Part shown: positions 19,460-28,854 of the stretch, in pieces | Layout of the letters: every line of letters begins with the position of its first letter | How positions within the stretch are numbered: position 1 is the first letter of the stretch | Virus record (IMG/VR): IMGVR_UViG_3300046660_000716 | Location: 124,001 to 188,000 of that record | Length of the DNA: 64,000 nucleotides | Strand: one strand, 5' to 3' | The notes under the pieces: generated by a model | Databases searched by the model: none | Seen by the model: only the letters and a program-made list of their open reading frames with translations | What the model was told of the DNA's origin: nothing | Made by a program: the position numbers and the translations under genes

Positions 19460-19696
19460 ATGATGACTGTAGCACGACAAATCGCAAGCGTCGCCGTAGG
19501 GCTTTCCGTAGCGGCCGGAGCCGCACTAGCGGATGAGCCGACGTTCCATGAGGACCAGCCCACGCTGTCCCGCGCCGCCATGCAGGCGGTCGTGGAGGAG
19601 GCGGACGGCATGTCCGACGAGGTGCAGTCGGCGACGCACGGTATTGTCAGCGGCTTCATGGCGGCGGGCGAGTTCGCCACAGACATGTACGCCTAG
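19460..19696 (+). CDS. Small protein with a signal-peptide-like N-terminus
   Basis: AAGGAG RBS; ...AVGLSVAAGAALA-DEP. Confidence 0.6.
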   Translation: MMTVARQIASVAVGLSVAAGAALADEPTFHEDQPTLSRAAMQAVVEEADGMSDEVQSATHGIVSGFMAAGEFATDMYA

Positions 19697-19797
19697 CTTG
19701 CAGAAGAGAGGCCACCCCTACCCTCCCGGGGTAGGGGCAATCGAAAACCAACCGAAGGAGAATCACATGAACACCCAAGCACGCGTGGAGGCGCAGG

Positions 19798-20259
19798 ATG
19801 AACGATAACCCGTTCACGAGCTCCACGTTCGGCCGACCGACGCCGAGCCAGCTGGCCTCCTGGAAGGAGCGCCTGCCGCAGGCGCCGGGCTACACGTTCC
19901 TCTACTGCGAGGAGCTGGCCTCCAACGCGCCGAAGGGGGCGAAGCCCGACCAGACGACCTACCTGGTCGTCGACGGCAAGGCGATCTACGCCTCCTCGAT
20001 GAATAGCGCCCTGCCCGCGGAAATCGCGGCGCACGGCGGAGGCGTCTCGGCCATCGCCCTGCCGGGCCAGTCGTTCAACGTTGCGTCCATAGTAGACATG
20101 GGCGTGGCGCGCTCGGGCAAGGTCTACGAGATCCGGGCCGGCACCTACGACGGCTTCCTTGCCGGGTGCGACAAGATCGAGGTCCAGCGCAAGGTGCCCA
20201 AGGGCTCCATCCGGCGCTTCTTCGAGAAGTACCGCGCCACGCTCGAGCGTGGCAAGTAG
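19798..20259 (+). CDS. Hypothetical protein
   Basis: 153 aa, GGAGG RBS. Confidence 0.65.
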   Translation: MNDNPFTSSTFGRPTPSQLASWKERLPQAPGYTFLYCEELASNAPKGAKPDQTTYLVVDGKAIYASSMNSALPAEIAAHGGGVSAIALPGQSFNVASIVDMGVARSGKVYEIRAGTYDGFLAGCDKIEVQRKVPKGSIRRFFEKYRATLERGK

Positions 20260-20268
20260 GACGACAGA

Positions 20269-20312
20269 GCCCATGCCCCGCGGGGCATGGGCCTTGCGCT
20301 CCTTCTTTTTTC
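20269..20312. terminator. Terminator between convergent genes
   Basis: gcccatgcccc/ggggcatgggc hairpin plus T tract. Confidence 0.65.
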
Positions 20313-22415
20313 CTACATCGGGAAGTCGCCGCCGCTCCCAGACGAGTTGAGGTCGTTCAGGATGCTCGCCATGCGCGCCCTCTTGGCCGCCTTCTCGTCG
20401 GTCATGGCGTGGTCCGCCCGCGCGACGTAGTCGTCCACGCTGACCTCCTTCTTTCCGGTCAGGGCGACGGGCACCGCCGGCCGGTCGCCGACGATGTTGA
20501 GGGCCGACACCGCGTTCATCTGGGACGCGTTGCGCTCTCCGCCCTGGCGGCCGCGCGAGATCATGCCGCGGAGCACAGGCTGGTCGTGGCGGTCGGCATA
20601 GATGCCGATCAGGAAGGACATCAGCACGTCGTCGTGGAACCCGGCGCGCGCCTCGATCTTGCCGGTCTTCTTGCGGTGCAGCGTCCGGATCTCGTCCTGC
20701 AGGTCCTCCGCTCGGATCAGGTGCGGCAGCTCGTCCACGATCTGGAAGAGGTGCCGGAACATGGCCTCGCGGCTCTCGGCGGTCGTGTCGACGCCGTAGA
20801 CGCGCACGCGCTTCTTCTGCTTAACGACCATCTTGCCGATCGTGCGCTCCGCCTCGCGCTCCTTCTCCAGGTAGAAGATCCGGGGCTCCAGGCCGGGGAC
20901 TTTCAGCAGGTGGTTGATGACCACGATGCCCAGGTAGTTGCGCTCGATGACCGCGATGCAGCGCGGGAAGAGGGACGTCATGAAGTGCTCGGTGAGCGCC
21001 CTCACCGCTCCGTCGTCGGCGGTGTTCGTCTTCAGCGTGCCGATGATGCGCATGTCGTCCGGGTGCAGCAGGTTGAACGCGGTGTAGTCGCGCCCGACGC
21101 CGCCGGACGTGTCGACGGTGAGCAGGTACGGCAGCACAGTGTCCGGCATCTCGGTGAACTCGACCTCCAGTCCCGGCTGGATGTGGGCGTGGCGCAGCTT
21201 GACCGGCAGGGTCGCCACGACGGGCTTCTGGTGCTTGCGCAGGTTCTCGAGCTGGTTCTCGTCGAAGACGGCGCCCTCGGTCGAGATCGGCCAGACCAGC
21301 AGGATCTCCCGCTTGATCTTCATCTGGTCGTTCAGCAGCTCGCGGCACTGCTCCTTGAACCACGCCTCGCTCCGGCCGAGCTCCTTGTAGGTGTACTCGG
21401 CGTAGAGGTAGTTGTACTCGGCGAGCTCCTCCATCATCTGGCGGACCTTGGTCGGGCCGTAGTCGTAGAACTCCAGGCGGAAGCGCAGGGAGCCGTTGCG
21501 GATCATGTAGGCGAACATGCCGGACGGGTCGTCCTGCGAGTTCGGCGTCGTGGTGATCACGGTGCCGAACGGGACGCCCATCTTGATCGCGGATGCGCGG
21601 GCCTGGGACTGCGCGGGGACCGCGGCCATGTACGTCTCGCGGATGAACTTCATGAACGCGATCTCGTCGTACCACACGGACGGCACGGTGTTGCCTCGTC
21701 CAAGCTTGTCGGCGTGCTCGGTGCTGGTGCCGGCCGCCTTCGGATCGATGCGGTTCTTGCGATTCTCGGAGTAGATGTACTCGATCGCGTTGCGGTCGCT
21801 GTCGTGGTCCAGGACGTTCTCCCGCAGCCAGTTCGGCAGGTTGTCCTGGATGTCCTTGACGCGCTTCAGATTGTTCTGGCTGTCCTTGAGCTCCTTGTTG
21901 AAGAACAGCATGTGGCTGTTGGTCGTCGAGAAGCCGTACTGCCAGAGGTAGATCGCGCAGGCCGACACCGTCTTGTAGTTCTGGCGCGGCAGGAGGAGGT
22001 AGCAGTTCAGGTTGCTGACCATCGCCCACGTCAGGAAGAGGTTCCCCAGGTGGAGCTCGTAGGGCACCCAGCCGCCCGGCACCGGAATGCGGACGACCTC
22101 GCGGATGAAGTAGAACGGGTTGCGGGTGATCTCCACCAGGATGCGGGCTTGGATCTCCTCCGGGAGGTCCTCGCGGTGGGGGTCGACTCCCACCAGGTCC
22201 AGGTCGTACAGCGCCAGCATGAAGGCGTTGTTCTTGATCCCCTTCTCCGCCAGGTGCGCGGAGACCTTGGTGAAGCTCTTGTTGTTCGTCCCGAAGTCGG
22301 CGTAGTAAGGGCGGCCCGGGATCTGCACGACTCCCACAGGCTGCTTCACGGGCACGGGCACCTTCAGGCGGGGCGGCAGCATGACCGGCGCCCTCTCTTT
22401 GACTGCAGCAGCCAT
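20313..22415 (-). CDS. terL: Terminase large subunit
   Basis: NPFYFIRE, LPRQNYKT (Walker A), WYDEIAF (Walker B), ITTTP, VDTSGGVGRDYTA and HDDVLMS nuclease motifs. Confidence 0.92.
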   Translation of the reverse strand: MAAAVKERAPVMLPPRLKVPVPVKQPVGVVQIPGRPYYADFGTNNKSFTKVSAHLAEKGIKNNAFMLALYDLDLVGVDPHREDLPEEIQARILVEITRNPFYFIREVVRIPVPGGWVPYELHLGNLFLTWAMVSNLNCYLLLPRQNYKTVSACAIYLWQYGFSTTNSHMLFFNKELKDSQNNLKRVKDIQDNLPNWLRENVLDHDSDRNAIEYIYSENRKNRIDPKAAGTSTEHADKLGRGNTVPSVWYDEIAFMKFIRETYMAAVPAQSQARASAIKMGVPFGTVITTTPNSQDDPSGMFAYMIRNGSLRFRLEFYDYGPTKVRQMMEELAEYNYLYAEYTYKELGRSEAWFKEQCRELLNDQMKIKREILLVWPISTEGAVFDENQLENLRKHQKPVVATLPVKLRHAHIQPGLEVEFTEMPDTVLPYLLTVDTSGGVGRDYTAFNLLHPDDMRIIGTLKTNTADDGAVRALTEHFMTSLFPRCIAVIERNYLGIVVINHLLKVPGLEPRIFYLEKEREAERTIGKMVVKQKKRVRVYGVDTTAESREAMFRHLFQIVDELPHLIRAEDLQDEIRTLHRKKTGKIEARAGFHDDVLMSFLIGIYADRHDQPVLRGMISRGRQGGERNASQMNAVSALNIVGDRPAVPVALTGKKEVSVDDYVARADHAMTDEKAAKRARMASILNDLNSSGSGGDFPM

Positions 22416-22493
22416 GGCTGGCCCTTTCTGTTGGATGTCTATCACAAGTGGATGTTTCGCCCCATCCGGCGGCGGCCGGATGGGGTTGTAGGA

Positions 22494-23144
22494 TCATCGG
22501 CCCGGCGGACGGGGCGCGGTGATCGGGGCGTCGGCGGTCTTCGCCTTCTCGGCCACGAGGCCCTTCAGGGTCTGGTCGGCGGTCAGCTGCCAGTCGTGCA
22601 TGCTGCGCAGCTCGGTGGCGACGTAGCCGATGGAGGTCACGATTACCATCTGGATGATGCCCATGAGCACGGACGCGGCGAACCAGGCGCCCTTGCCCTT
22701 GTTGATCCAGGATTCCGACTCGGCCTTGACCGTGGTCACCTTGGTGTCCAGGCTGGAGACGCTCTGGGTCAGCACCTCGAGGGCGGTGGTCATCTGGTTG
22801 GCGATCTCGTTGCGGTGGCTCGTTGTGAACTCGTGGAACTCGATGCGCACCTTCTGCGTGTCGTCTTGGACCTGCGCGCGAACGTCGTCCATGCGCTCGT
22901 GGACCCGGATGATGGACTTCTCCATCTTCTCCAGGATCTCGGCGAGACGCTGGTCCGTGTCCATCTGGCGACGCTCGGTGGTGGCCTGTCGCTCCAGCAG
23001 CGCCGGGTAGGAGTTGACGGTCTGCTTGATCTCGCCGACCGCGGTGGTGAGGTGGCGGATCTCCGTCACCAGCACCTGAATGGTGCCGGCCGTGCCGCCG
23101 TCGTCCCGGCCGTGCTGCATGGTTGAAATTTCGCCGTGGCTCAT
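22494..23144 (-). CDS. Coiled-coil protein with a C-terminal TM helix (holin/lysis-like?)
   Basis: Long coiled coil followed by GKGAWFAASVLMGIIQMVIVTSIGYV. Confidence 0.55.
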   Translation of the reverse strand: MSHGEISTMQHGRDDGGTAGTIQVLVTEIRHLTTAVGEIKQTVNSYPALLERQATTERRQMDTDQRLAEILEKMEKSIIRVHERMDDVRAQVQDDTQKVRIEFHEFTTSHRNEIANQMTTALEVLTQSVSSLDTKVTTVKAESESWINKGKGAWFAASVLMGIIQMVIVTSIGYVATELRSMHDWQLTADQTLKGLVAEKAKTADAPITAPRPPGR

Positions 23145-23215
23145 GTGGAAGTCCGTTGGTAAATTGGGTGGGTGTCGCGGCTAACGCGTCTATCAGTTAG
23201 TTCCGCGAGACCGGC

Positions 23216-23317
23216 AAAAAGAGTCGCTTCCCCCGAGAGGGAAGCGACCAAAGTCTTGGCAGGGATGGGCCAGGATCAGCAGAAAGGAAAACACAGCGGG
23301 AAACCGTACACGCCTTC
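23216..23317 (-). ncRNA. Candidate late small RNA
   Basis: AACA-N6-TG at 23328-23317 and an intrinsic terminator at 23248-23216, with no convincing ORF between. Confidence 0.4.
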
Positions 23318-23368
23318 ATGGGTATGTTGACCGGCGGACTCATCCAGAGAGTGACTTCGGACGCGGTG

Positions 23369-23405
23369 AAAAAGCCCCTACCCCGCGAAGGGTAGAGGCT
23401 TTTCT
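23369..23405. terminator. Terminator of the major capsid gene
   Basis: aaaaagcccctaccc...gggtagaggctttt. Confidence 0.75.
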
Positions 23406-23419
23406 GGTCGGACCAGGAA

Positions 23420-25036
23420 TTACGCAGGCAGGGTGCCGTTGTTGTTCTTGATCACGATCTTGCCAACCAGCGGAACGAATTCCTGGAAGGCTTGGCGCTT
23501 GGTCAGCAGGACGCTCGGCACGTTCGGCGAGTTAGGCGACACGAAGCCCGAGGCACTACGCTCCACGTTGAACGTGTATGGGTAGTACATCAGGGTCTTG
23601 ATGTCGTCCTGACCTGGCACGAAGAACACCCACAGCTCGCCAGCCGGCAGGTTCTGGCTGGAGAACATCATGTAGCGCTGGGTGCCGCTCATGGCGCCGA
23701 TGCTGTAGTTCACGTCCACGCCGTCGCGCTGAGCGTCGGCCTGTGCGGTGAAGATCCAGTTGACGCCGGTGAACAGGTTCACGTCGATCGGGTTGCCGAC
23801 GATCATGAACGTGCCGCCCGAGAAGTTCGAGTAGTTGCGCATCGACTGGGCCAGATTGTCGGTGATGCGCTTCAGCTCGTTCAGCCAGTCGGTAGGCGAA
23901 CCCATGTAGTTGCCGGTCGGCCACACGTCGAAGGTGCGCACGAACTGTGCGCCCTGGGCGGCGATGTGGTCGGCAGCGTCGGAGATGAAGCCGGCGCCTT
24001 GCAGGTCCACCTTCTGGGCCAGCACTTCGGTCATGATGTCCACGACCTTCAGGGTGCCGTCGATGTTGTACAGCGCCAGGTTGTCCTGGAGCCATTCCAG
24101 CGGCAGCGCTGCATCGAAGTGCTCACCGGTGCCGATGTGGATCTCGGTGGTCTTGATGTCGAAGCCGATGGTGGTCGACTGCTTGTTGGAGGTGGTCTCC
24201 AGCTTGCCCGACAGGTAGATCTTGGTGATCTGCGCCTTGGCGGCGGTCGCGCCCGACGACAGCGAGGTCGCGGTCAGGGTGCCGTCGGCGGTCGACACGA
24301 AGCCGAACACGGTGTCGCTCGACTCGTGGCCGTCCACGCTGTGCTGGGCGGTCGCGGTGAAGCGGATGTTGCCCTGGCGGGTCTCGGCCTTGCCGTCGTA
24401 CACTGGCACCTTGACCTGGGTCTCGGCGTTGGCACCGGCGGCGTCGGTCACGACGATGTCGACAGCGACAACCGCGAACACTGGGTCCAGGTTGTAGCCA
24501 GCCGAAACCGGGCAGCCGACAGGCATGATGTCCACGACGTCCATCGGCAGCGCGTGCGCGGCGCCGTCGATCTTCTTCTGCGAATTGCCCAGGGCAGGAT
24601 CGCGCAGAGCTTGCGGCAGCTCTTTCTTCAGGCCGGTGACCGGATCCTTGATGTAAGGAATCAGGTGCGACACGGTGAATTTCGGGGTCTTGACCGGCTC
24701 GGTCGGCAGCGCTTCCTTGATGCCGATCTTCGGCCAGGCCTTGCGCAGCATCGGCATGGTCAGGACGGACACCGGTTGGATGCCGCTCAGCGAGCTCTCG
24801 CGGAACACGGTAGCCTGGAAGTTATCTGCCAGGATCGACAGCGCGTCGGCGCTGTCTGCGCTCATGCCTTCGGACAGCATGGACTTGTACTGGCGGTACA
24901 GGGCTGGCTCGGTCAGAGCTTCCTGCATGCCGGCGATCGTCAGGACGTTGACGTGGTCTTTGGCGCGCAGGGTGTCGACGGTCTCGCGCAGCACGGCGGA
25001 ATAGCCATCGTTGCGCGCATTATTGAATTGCGTCAT
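23420..25036 (-). CDS. Major capsid protein
   Basis: 538 aa with strong codon bias. N-terminal propeptide ending near FRES, then PMLRK, IVGNPIDV, YYPYTF and NVPSVLLTKR: a gp23-like HK97-fold MCP of jumbo phages. Confidence 0.85.
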   Translation of the reverse strand: MTQFNNARNDGYSAVLRETVDTLRAKDHVNVLTIAGMQEALTEPALYRQYKSMLSEGMSADSADALSILADNFQATVFRESSLSGIQPVSVLTMPMLRKAWPKIGIKEALPTEPVKTPKFTVSHLIPYIKDPVTGLKKELPQALRDPALGNSQKKIDGAAHALPMDVVDIMPVGCPVSAGYNLDPVFAVVAVDIVVTDAAGANAETQVKVPVYDGKAETRQGNIRFTATAQHSVDGHESSDTVFGFVSTADGTLTATSLSSGATAAKAQITKIYLSGKLETTSNKQSTTIGFDIKTTEIHIGTGEHFDAALPLEWLQDNLALYNIDGTLKVVDIMTEVLAQKVDLQGAGFISDAADHIAAQGAQFVRTFDVWPTGNYMGSPTDWLNELKRITDNLAQSMRNYSNFSGGTFMIVGNPIDVNLFTGVNWIFTAQADAQRDGVDVNYSIGAMSGTQRYMMFSSQNLPAGELWVFFVPGQDDIKTLMYYPYTFNVERSASGFVSPNSPNVPSVLLTKRQAFQEFVPLVGKIVIKNNNGTLPA

Positions 25037-25126
25037 GGGGGATTTCTCCTAAAACGGGTAATGTGGCGGAACAGAAACCGAGGCTATTCGCTTTTCCCTT
25101 GGGCTGTCGAGGCCGGCGGGGTGTTC

Positions 25127-25762
25127 CTAGTTTGTTGGTCCGGAGTCGGGTTTCCGGAAGTCATCGTCACCATCAATTACGTGTTTGATGATTTCGGCCA
25201 CAGCGGACACTCTTTCTCGCACGGTGACGTACACGTCGCGGACGCGTTCGTAGCCGAGGTCGGCGAACCGGGCGCGCAGCGTGGTGCACTGCTCGTTCGC
25301 CTCGTCGATCAGAGCCTTGGAGCGCGTGATGTACTTCTGGCCGACTGGGTCCTTGATGCGGTCCAGCAGCTGCTCCGACGCCGTGCTGAGCGCCTGGCAC
25401 TGGGCCTGGATCTCAACGAGGCTGTCGTACATGCGCTCGCGCTTGATCTTCTCGGACGCGGGGTCCGGGGCGGAGGCCGGAGCCCCGTCGGCGGAGCCGT
25501 CTCCGGGATCGTCACTGCCCAGCTCGGATGTGTCGCTGTTGTCGTCGTCATCGATGTTGAAGTCCGACGATCCGTCGTCGGCAGGAGGGTCCGCCGGGTC
25601 CGCGTCCGGCTTGGCTGCGGGTTTGGCCTTCGGATCTTTGGGCGCGTCGGGCTTGGCCGCTGGATCCACGGCAGCCTTGCCGCCCGGCTCCTTCAGCTCC
25701 TTCTCGTCCTTCGGGGGGTCGCCCGGCGCCTCGTTCAGGGGCACGTAGCCGGTCAGGATCAT
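25127..25762 (-). CDS. Head assembly/scaffold-like protein
   Basis: Acidic, Pro-rich N-half and helical C-half, directly upstream of the MCP. Confidence 0.55.
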   Translation of the reverse strand: MILTGYVPLNEAPGDPPKDEKELKEPGGKAAVDPAAKPDAPKDPKAKPAAKPDADPADPPADDGSSDFNIDDDDNSDTSELGSDDPGDGSADGAPASAPDPASEKIKRERMYDSLVEIQAQCQALSTASEQLLDRIKDPVGQKYITRSKALIDEANEQCTTLRARFADLGYERVRDVYVTVRERVSAVAEIIKHVIDGDDDFRKPDSGPTN

Positions 25763-26106
25763 ACGCCCGCCGTTTTGCGCTTGACCGCGTCCTTGAGGAC
25801 CTTGGCGGCGCGGAAGGACACGCGGCGGCCGGCCTCGATGGCGACGACCTCGCTGGTGCGGGGGTTGCGGCCCTCGCGCGGCTTGGTCTCGATGATGCGG
25901 AAGTTGCCCAGGTTCGGCACCCGGACCGTGGCGAAGCGCCCGGCCAGGGAGGCGATGCCGCGGGTCACGCTGTCCACGATCTTGTTGGAATCGGCCTTGG
26001 TGGTGTCCAGGTCCTTGGAGACGAAGGCGACCAGCTCCTCGCGGCCCGCCGGGTCCGGCTCACCGGCCAGGCGCCGGGTTCGCGGCGCTGCGGTTTCAGT
26101 AGTCAT
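25759..26106 (-). CDS. HU/IHF-family DNA-binding protein
   Basis: VPNLGNF...REGRNPRTSEVVAIEA.RRVSFRAAKVLKDAV signature. Confidence 0.88.
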   Translation of the reverse strand: MTTETAAPRTRRLAGEPDPAGREELVAFVSKDLDTTKADSNKIVDSVTRGIASLAGRFATVRVPNLGNFRIIETKPREGRNPRTSEVVAIEAGRRVSFRAAKVLKDAVKRKTAGV

Positions 26107-26207
26107 TTGGTAAATCCTCGTGGTCGCGGCGATGGCGCCGCAGGGTGGAGTCTATCCCCTTGTTGATCCGGAACGAGGGGCGGACATCGAGAAACCGAAA
26201 TTTTGCA

Positions 26208-26235
26208 TTGAAAAAACATGCAACTGCTATATAAT
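26208..26235 (+). promoter_or_regulatory. Composite promoter for the RNAP beta-N gene
   Basis: TTGAAA-16-TATAAT, containing AACA-tgcaac-TG and TATATAAT. Confidence 0.6.
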
Positions 26236-26297
26236 TCTCTTGAAACACCCCCGGACACTGCCCCGCACGCGGGCGGTCCCAACAAGAAAGGACCCGC

Positions 26298-27779
26298 ATG
26301 TCATCTGTATCCGAAAAACTCTATGCACGCTTTCAGAGCGCGAACCCGGAGAACACCTTCAATGACGACTTGATTTTCTGGCGCGAGAAGGACGATCCCG
26401 AGGGCTACCTCGAGGACGTGTTCCAGGCGCTCGAAGTCGTCCCAGGGATCAAGTTCAACGGCGTGACGGTCATGCGCGACGAGAGCCGCTACCCGAAGGA
26501 CCTGATGTTCAACGACATCGAGCCGTCGCGCCTGGACCTGGCACAGGTGCGCTTCCACCTGGAGATGCAGGAGAACGTCAAAGACATCACCCTGTCCATC
26601 TTCCTGCCGAAGCTGAAGGACCGCATGTTCTACGAGCTGAACGGCAGCCCGTACTACCCGATCCTCCAGCTGGTCGACCGCGGTACCTACGTGACCCGCA
26701 AGACCTTCACGCTGAAGACGCTGCTGATGCCGCTGGTGTTCCGCCGCGACTCGGTAGTCAAGGTGCAGGACACGGTCAGCGAGAAGGAGTACGAGGAGCT
26801 GATCTACACGCTCGACCTCTTCCGCAACCGCATCAACATCTTCCGCTACCTCTTTGCCAGCAAGGGCATGGCCGGCACGATGGAGTTCCTCGGCATCAAC
26901 ACCGAGACCGAGGTCATGCTGTGCGTCAAGGACGAGGTGAAGAACACTGAGCCCGGCACGTACCGCATCTACGACGTCAAGGGCGCCGCCGGCCTGTGCG
27001 TCGTCGCGGAGGAGTCGTGGGTCGCGCAGAACCCGCACTACCGCGGAGCCATCATGGTGACGCTGGCCGACGCCCTGGACGGCATCCAGCGCCGCCTGAT
27101 CGAGGAGGACGACATCGCGCAGTGGAAGCGCCGCCTCGGCCGCCACTTCACGCAGAACTCCAACGGCTACGAGGAAAAGGCGGACAAGATCCTCATCAGC
27201 CTGCAGCGCATCCTGGACCAGCGCACCAAGAAGAACCTGGCGCACGTCGCGCCAGAGGACAAGGTGGACGTGTACTGTATCCTCCGCTGGATGATGCGCG
27301 AGTATAAGACGCTGGTGCAGGTCGACGGCATGGACGTGCGCAACAAGCGCATCCGCGTGTCCGAGTACCTGATCCACCCGCTGCTGCTGAAGTTCTCCGA
27401 GTCCACGTACCGCCTGCTGAACTCGAAGAACCTAACCTTCCGCTCCCTGGTCGGCGTGTTCCGTCCGTTCATCCACGACGTCGACGACCCGAAGTCGAAG
27501 CCACAGACGAACTTCCTCATCAAGAAGCTGGTGATGAACGAGCTTTTGAGATATAACAATATGGTCAACTCGTTCGACCTGATCCCTGCGCTCCGGTGGA
27601 CGACGCGCGGGCCGCAGTCCCTGAGCGACCGGAGCCGATCGGACATCTCGTTGCGGTTCAGGGGCCACCACCCATCGTACGTTGGGCGTATCGGGTTGAG
27701 CGCAGCAAGCGCATCCGATCCTGGCACGAGTGGCACGTTGGTGCCGTTTTGCAAGACCGATTCGCAGTTCTTTCTGTAA
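26298..27779 (+). CDS. RNA polymerase beta subunit, N-terminal part (probably non-virion RNAP)
   Basis: LNGSPYYPILQLVD, NKRIRVSEY, GPQSL, RGHHPSYVGRI...SDPGTSG (RpoB fork/Rif region); early-type promoter. Confidence 0.85.
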   Translation: MSSVSEKLYARFQSANPENTFNDDLIFWREKDDPEGYLEDVFQALEVVPGIKFNGVTVMRDESRYPKDLMFNDIEPSRLDLAQVRFHLEMQENVKDITLSIFLPKLKDRMFYELNGSPYYPILQLVDRGTYVTRKTFTLKTLLMPLVFRRDSVVKVQDTVSEKEYEELIYTLDLFRNRINIFRYLFASKGMAGTMEFLGINTETEVMLCVKDEVKNTEPGTYRIYDVKGAAGLCVVAEESWVAQNPHYRGAIMVTLADALDGIQRRLIEEDDIAQWKRRLGRHFTQNSNGYEEKADKILISLQRILDQRTKKNLAHVAPEDKVDVYCILRWMMREYKTLVQVDGMDVRNKRIRVSEYLIHPLLLKFSESTYRLLNSKNLTFRSLVGVFRPFIHDVDDPKSKPQTNFLIKKLVMNELLRYNNMVNSFDLIPALRWTTRGPQSLSDRSRSDISLRFRGHHPSYVGRIGLSAASASDPGTSGTLVPFCKTDSQFFL

Positions 27780-27788
27780 AGGAACCCC

Positions 27789-27953
27789 ATGATCCAATTC
27801 TCCCTGTACCAGACCACCAACGGCAGCTATCGCGTGCTGGTCAACGGTAAGGTCCACCCGCTGATGTGCGGCGTCGAGGACGAGGCCGACGCCATCAAGC
27901 GCATCAAGAAGGTCTTCGACATTGACGTTCCCTGCGTCGAAGCGGCGGTGTGA
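27789..27953 (+). CDS. Small hypothetical protein
   Basis: AAGGA RBS; MIQFSLYQ... (54 aa, read by hand). Confidence 0.55.
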   Translation: MIQFSLYQTTNGSYRVLVNGKVHPLMCGVEDEADAIKRIKKVFDIDVPCVEAAV

Positions 27954-28507
27954 CCGTGGACTTCGCGGACATCAGGCCGAGGGGCGAGCCGATCGTGGTC
28001 GCGGGAGCCGGCCCGCTCGCGACCGTGGGCCTGTCCCACATCATGAAGATGATGCAGGAGTCCATCGGCCCGGTCCTGCCGGGCCGCCACCGCGCGCCCC
28101 TGATGCTGGAGGAGAGCATAAACCGCGACATCGCGGACATCCGCGCCAGCATCACCAGCATGAGCGAGCCGACGGTGTCGAGCGCGGAATTCGTCGCGTC
28201 GATGGAGAAGCAGCTGCGCGGCCTCGTGAGCGGCCTCTTCCAGACGGCCGGCGTCGCGAATCACAAGCTCGACAGCTGGCGCCCGGTGGGCGTCATGATT
28301 CGCAGCCACGCTTCCGGAGCAGACGTCATCTACTTCGGCGAGGACGGGCGCTTCCAGAGGGTGAGGGGCCGGAGCTACGGCGGTCGCCGCGCTGCGCGGG
28401 TTGCCCTGAAGAAGCGACCGATCGACTTCAGGACGGTAATCTGCACGAGCATCGTGTACGACCACCCCGTTCCTGTGACGACCTACACCCTCGACATCAC
28501 GTTCTGA
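27950..28507 (+). CDS. Hypothetical protein
   Basis: 185 aa, GTGA overlap. Confidence 0.6.
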   Translation: MTVDFADIRPRGEPIVVAGAGPLATVGLSHIMKMMQESIGPVLPGRHRAPLMLEESINRDIADIRASITSMSEPTVSSAEFVASMEKQLRGLVSGLFQTAGVANHKLDSWRPVGVMIRSHASGADVIYFGEDGRFQRVRGRSYGGRRAARVALKKRPIDFRTVICTSIVYDHPVPVTTYTLDITF

Positions 28508-28569
28508 AACCAAAGCGGTCCTACCCTTCGCGGGTAGGGCTCTTTCCAACCTAACCGAAGGAGCAATTC

Positions 28570-28845
28570 ATGACATTCGAAATATCCCAGGGCTTTGATA
28601 CGCCCCGATCCCTCCTCAAGATCCTGGAGCAGGTCCCGGACTACATGCTGGACGTACCCTTCGCCTTCGTGTACGAGTCCGACGACGGCATCACGATCCT
28701 CAAGGAGCGCAGCGACGGCGGAGATTGCGAGGCACCGGACGTCGGGGCGCGCGAAGCAACTCTCGACGGCATCGACACCATCAACGGCGGCAACCACGAG
28801 ATCGGCATGCGGATCACGTTCGTCGGCAAGAGCGCGTCCAACTAG
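28570..28845 (+). CDS. Hypothetical protein
   Basis: AAGGAG RBS. Confidence 0.65.
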   Translation: MTFEISQGFDTPRSLLKILEQVPDYMLDVPFAFVYESDDGITILKERSDGGDCEAPDVGAREATLDGIDTINGGNHEIGMRITFVGKSASN

Positions 28846-28854
28846 GAGAAGCGC

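Noticed and set aside
20166-26113. Very long plus-strand ORFs (986 aa, 873 aa) and similar ones at 2222, 5696, 41833 and 52514
   Set aside because: They are antisense shadows of real genes in high-GC DNA, with no RBS or recognisable motifs.
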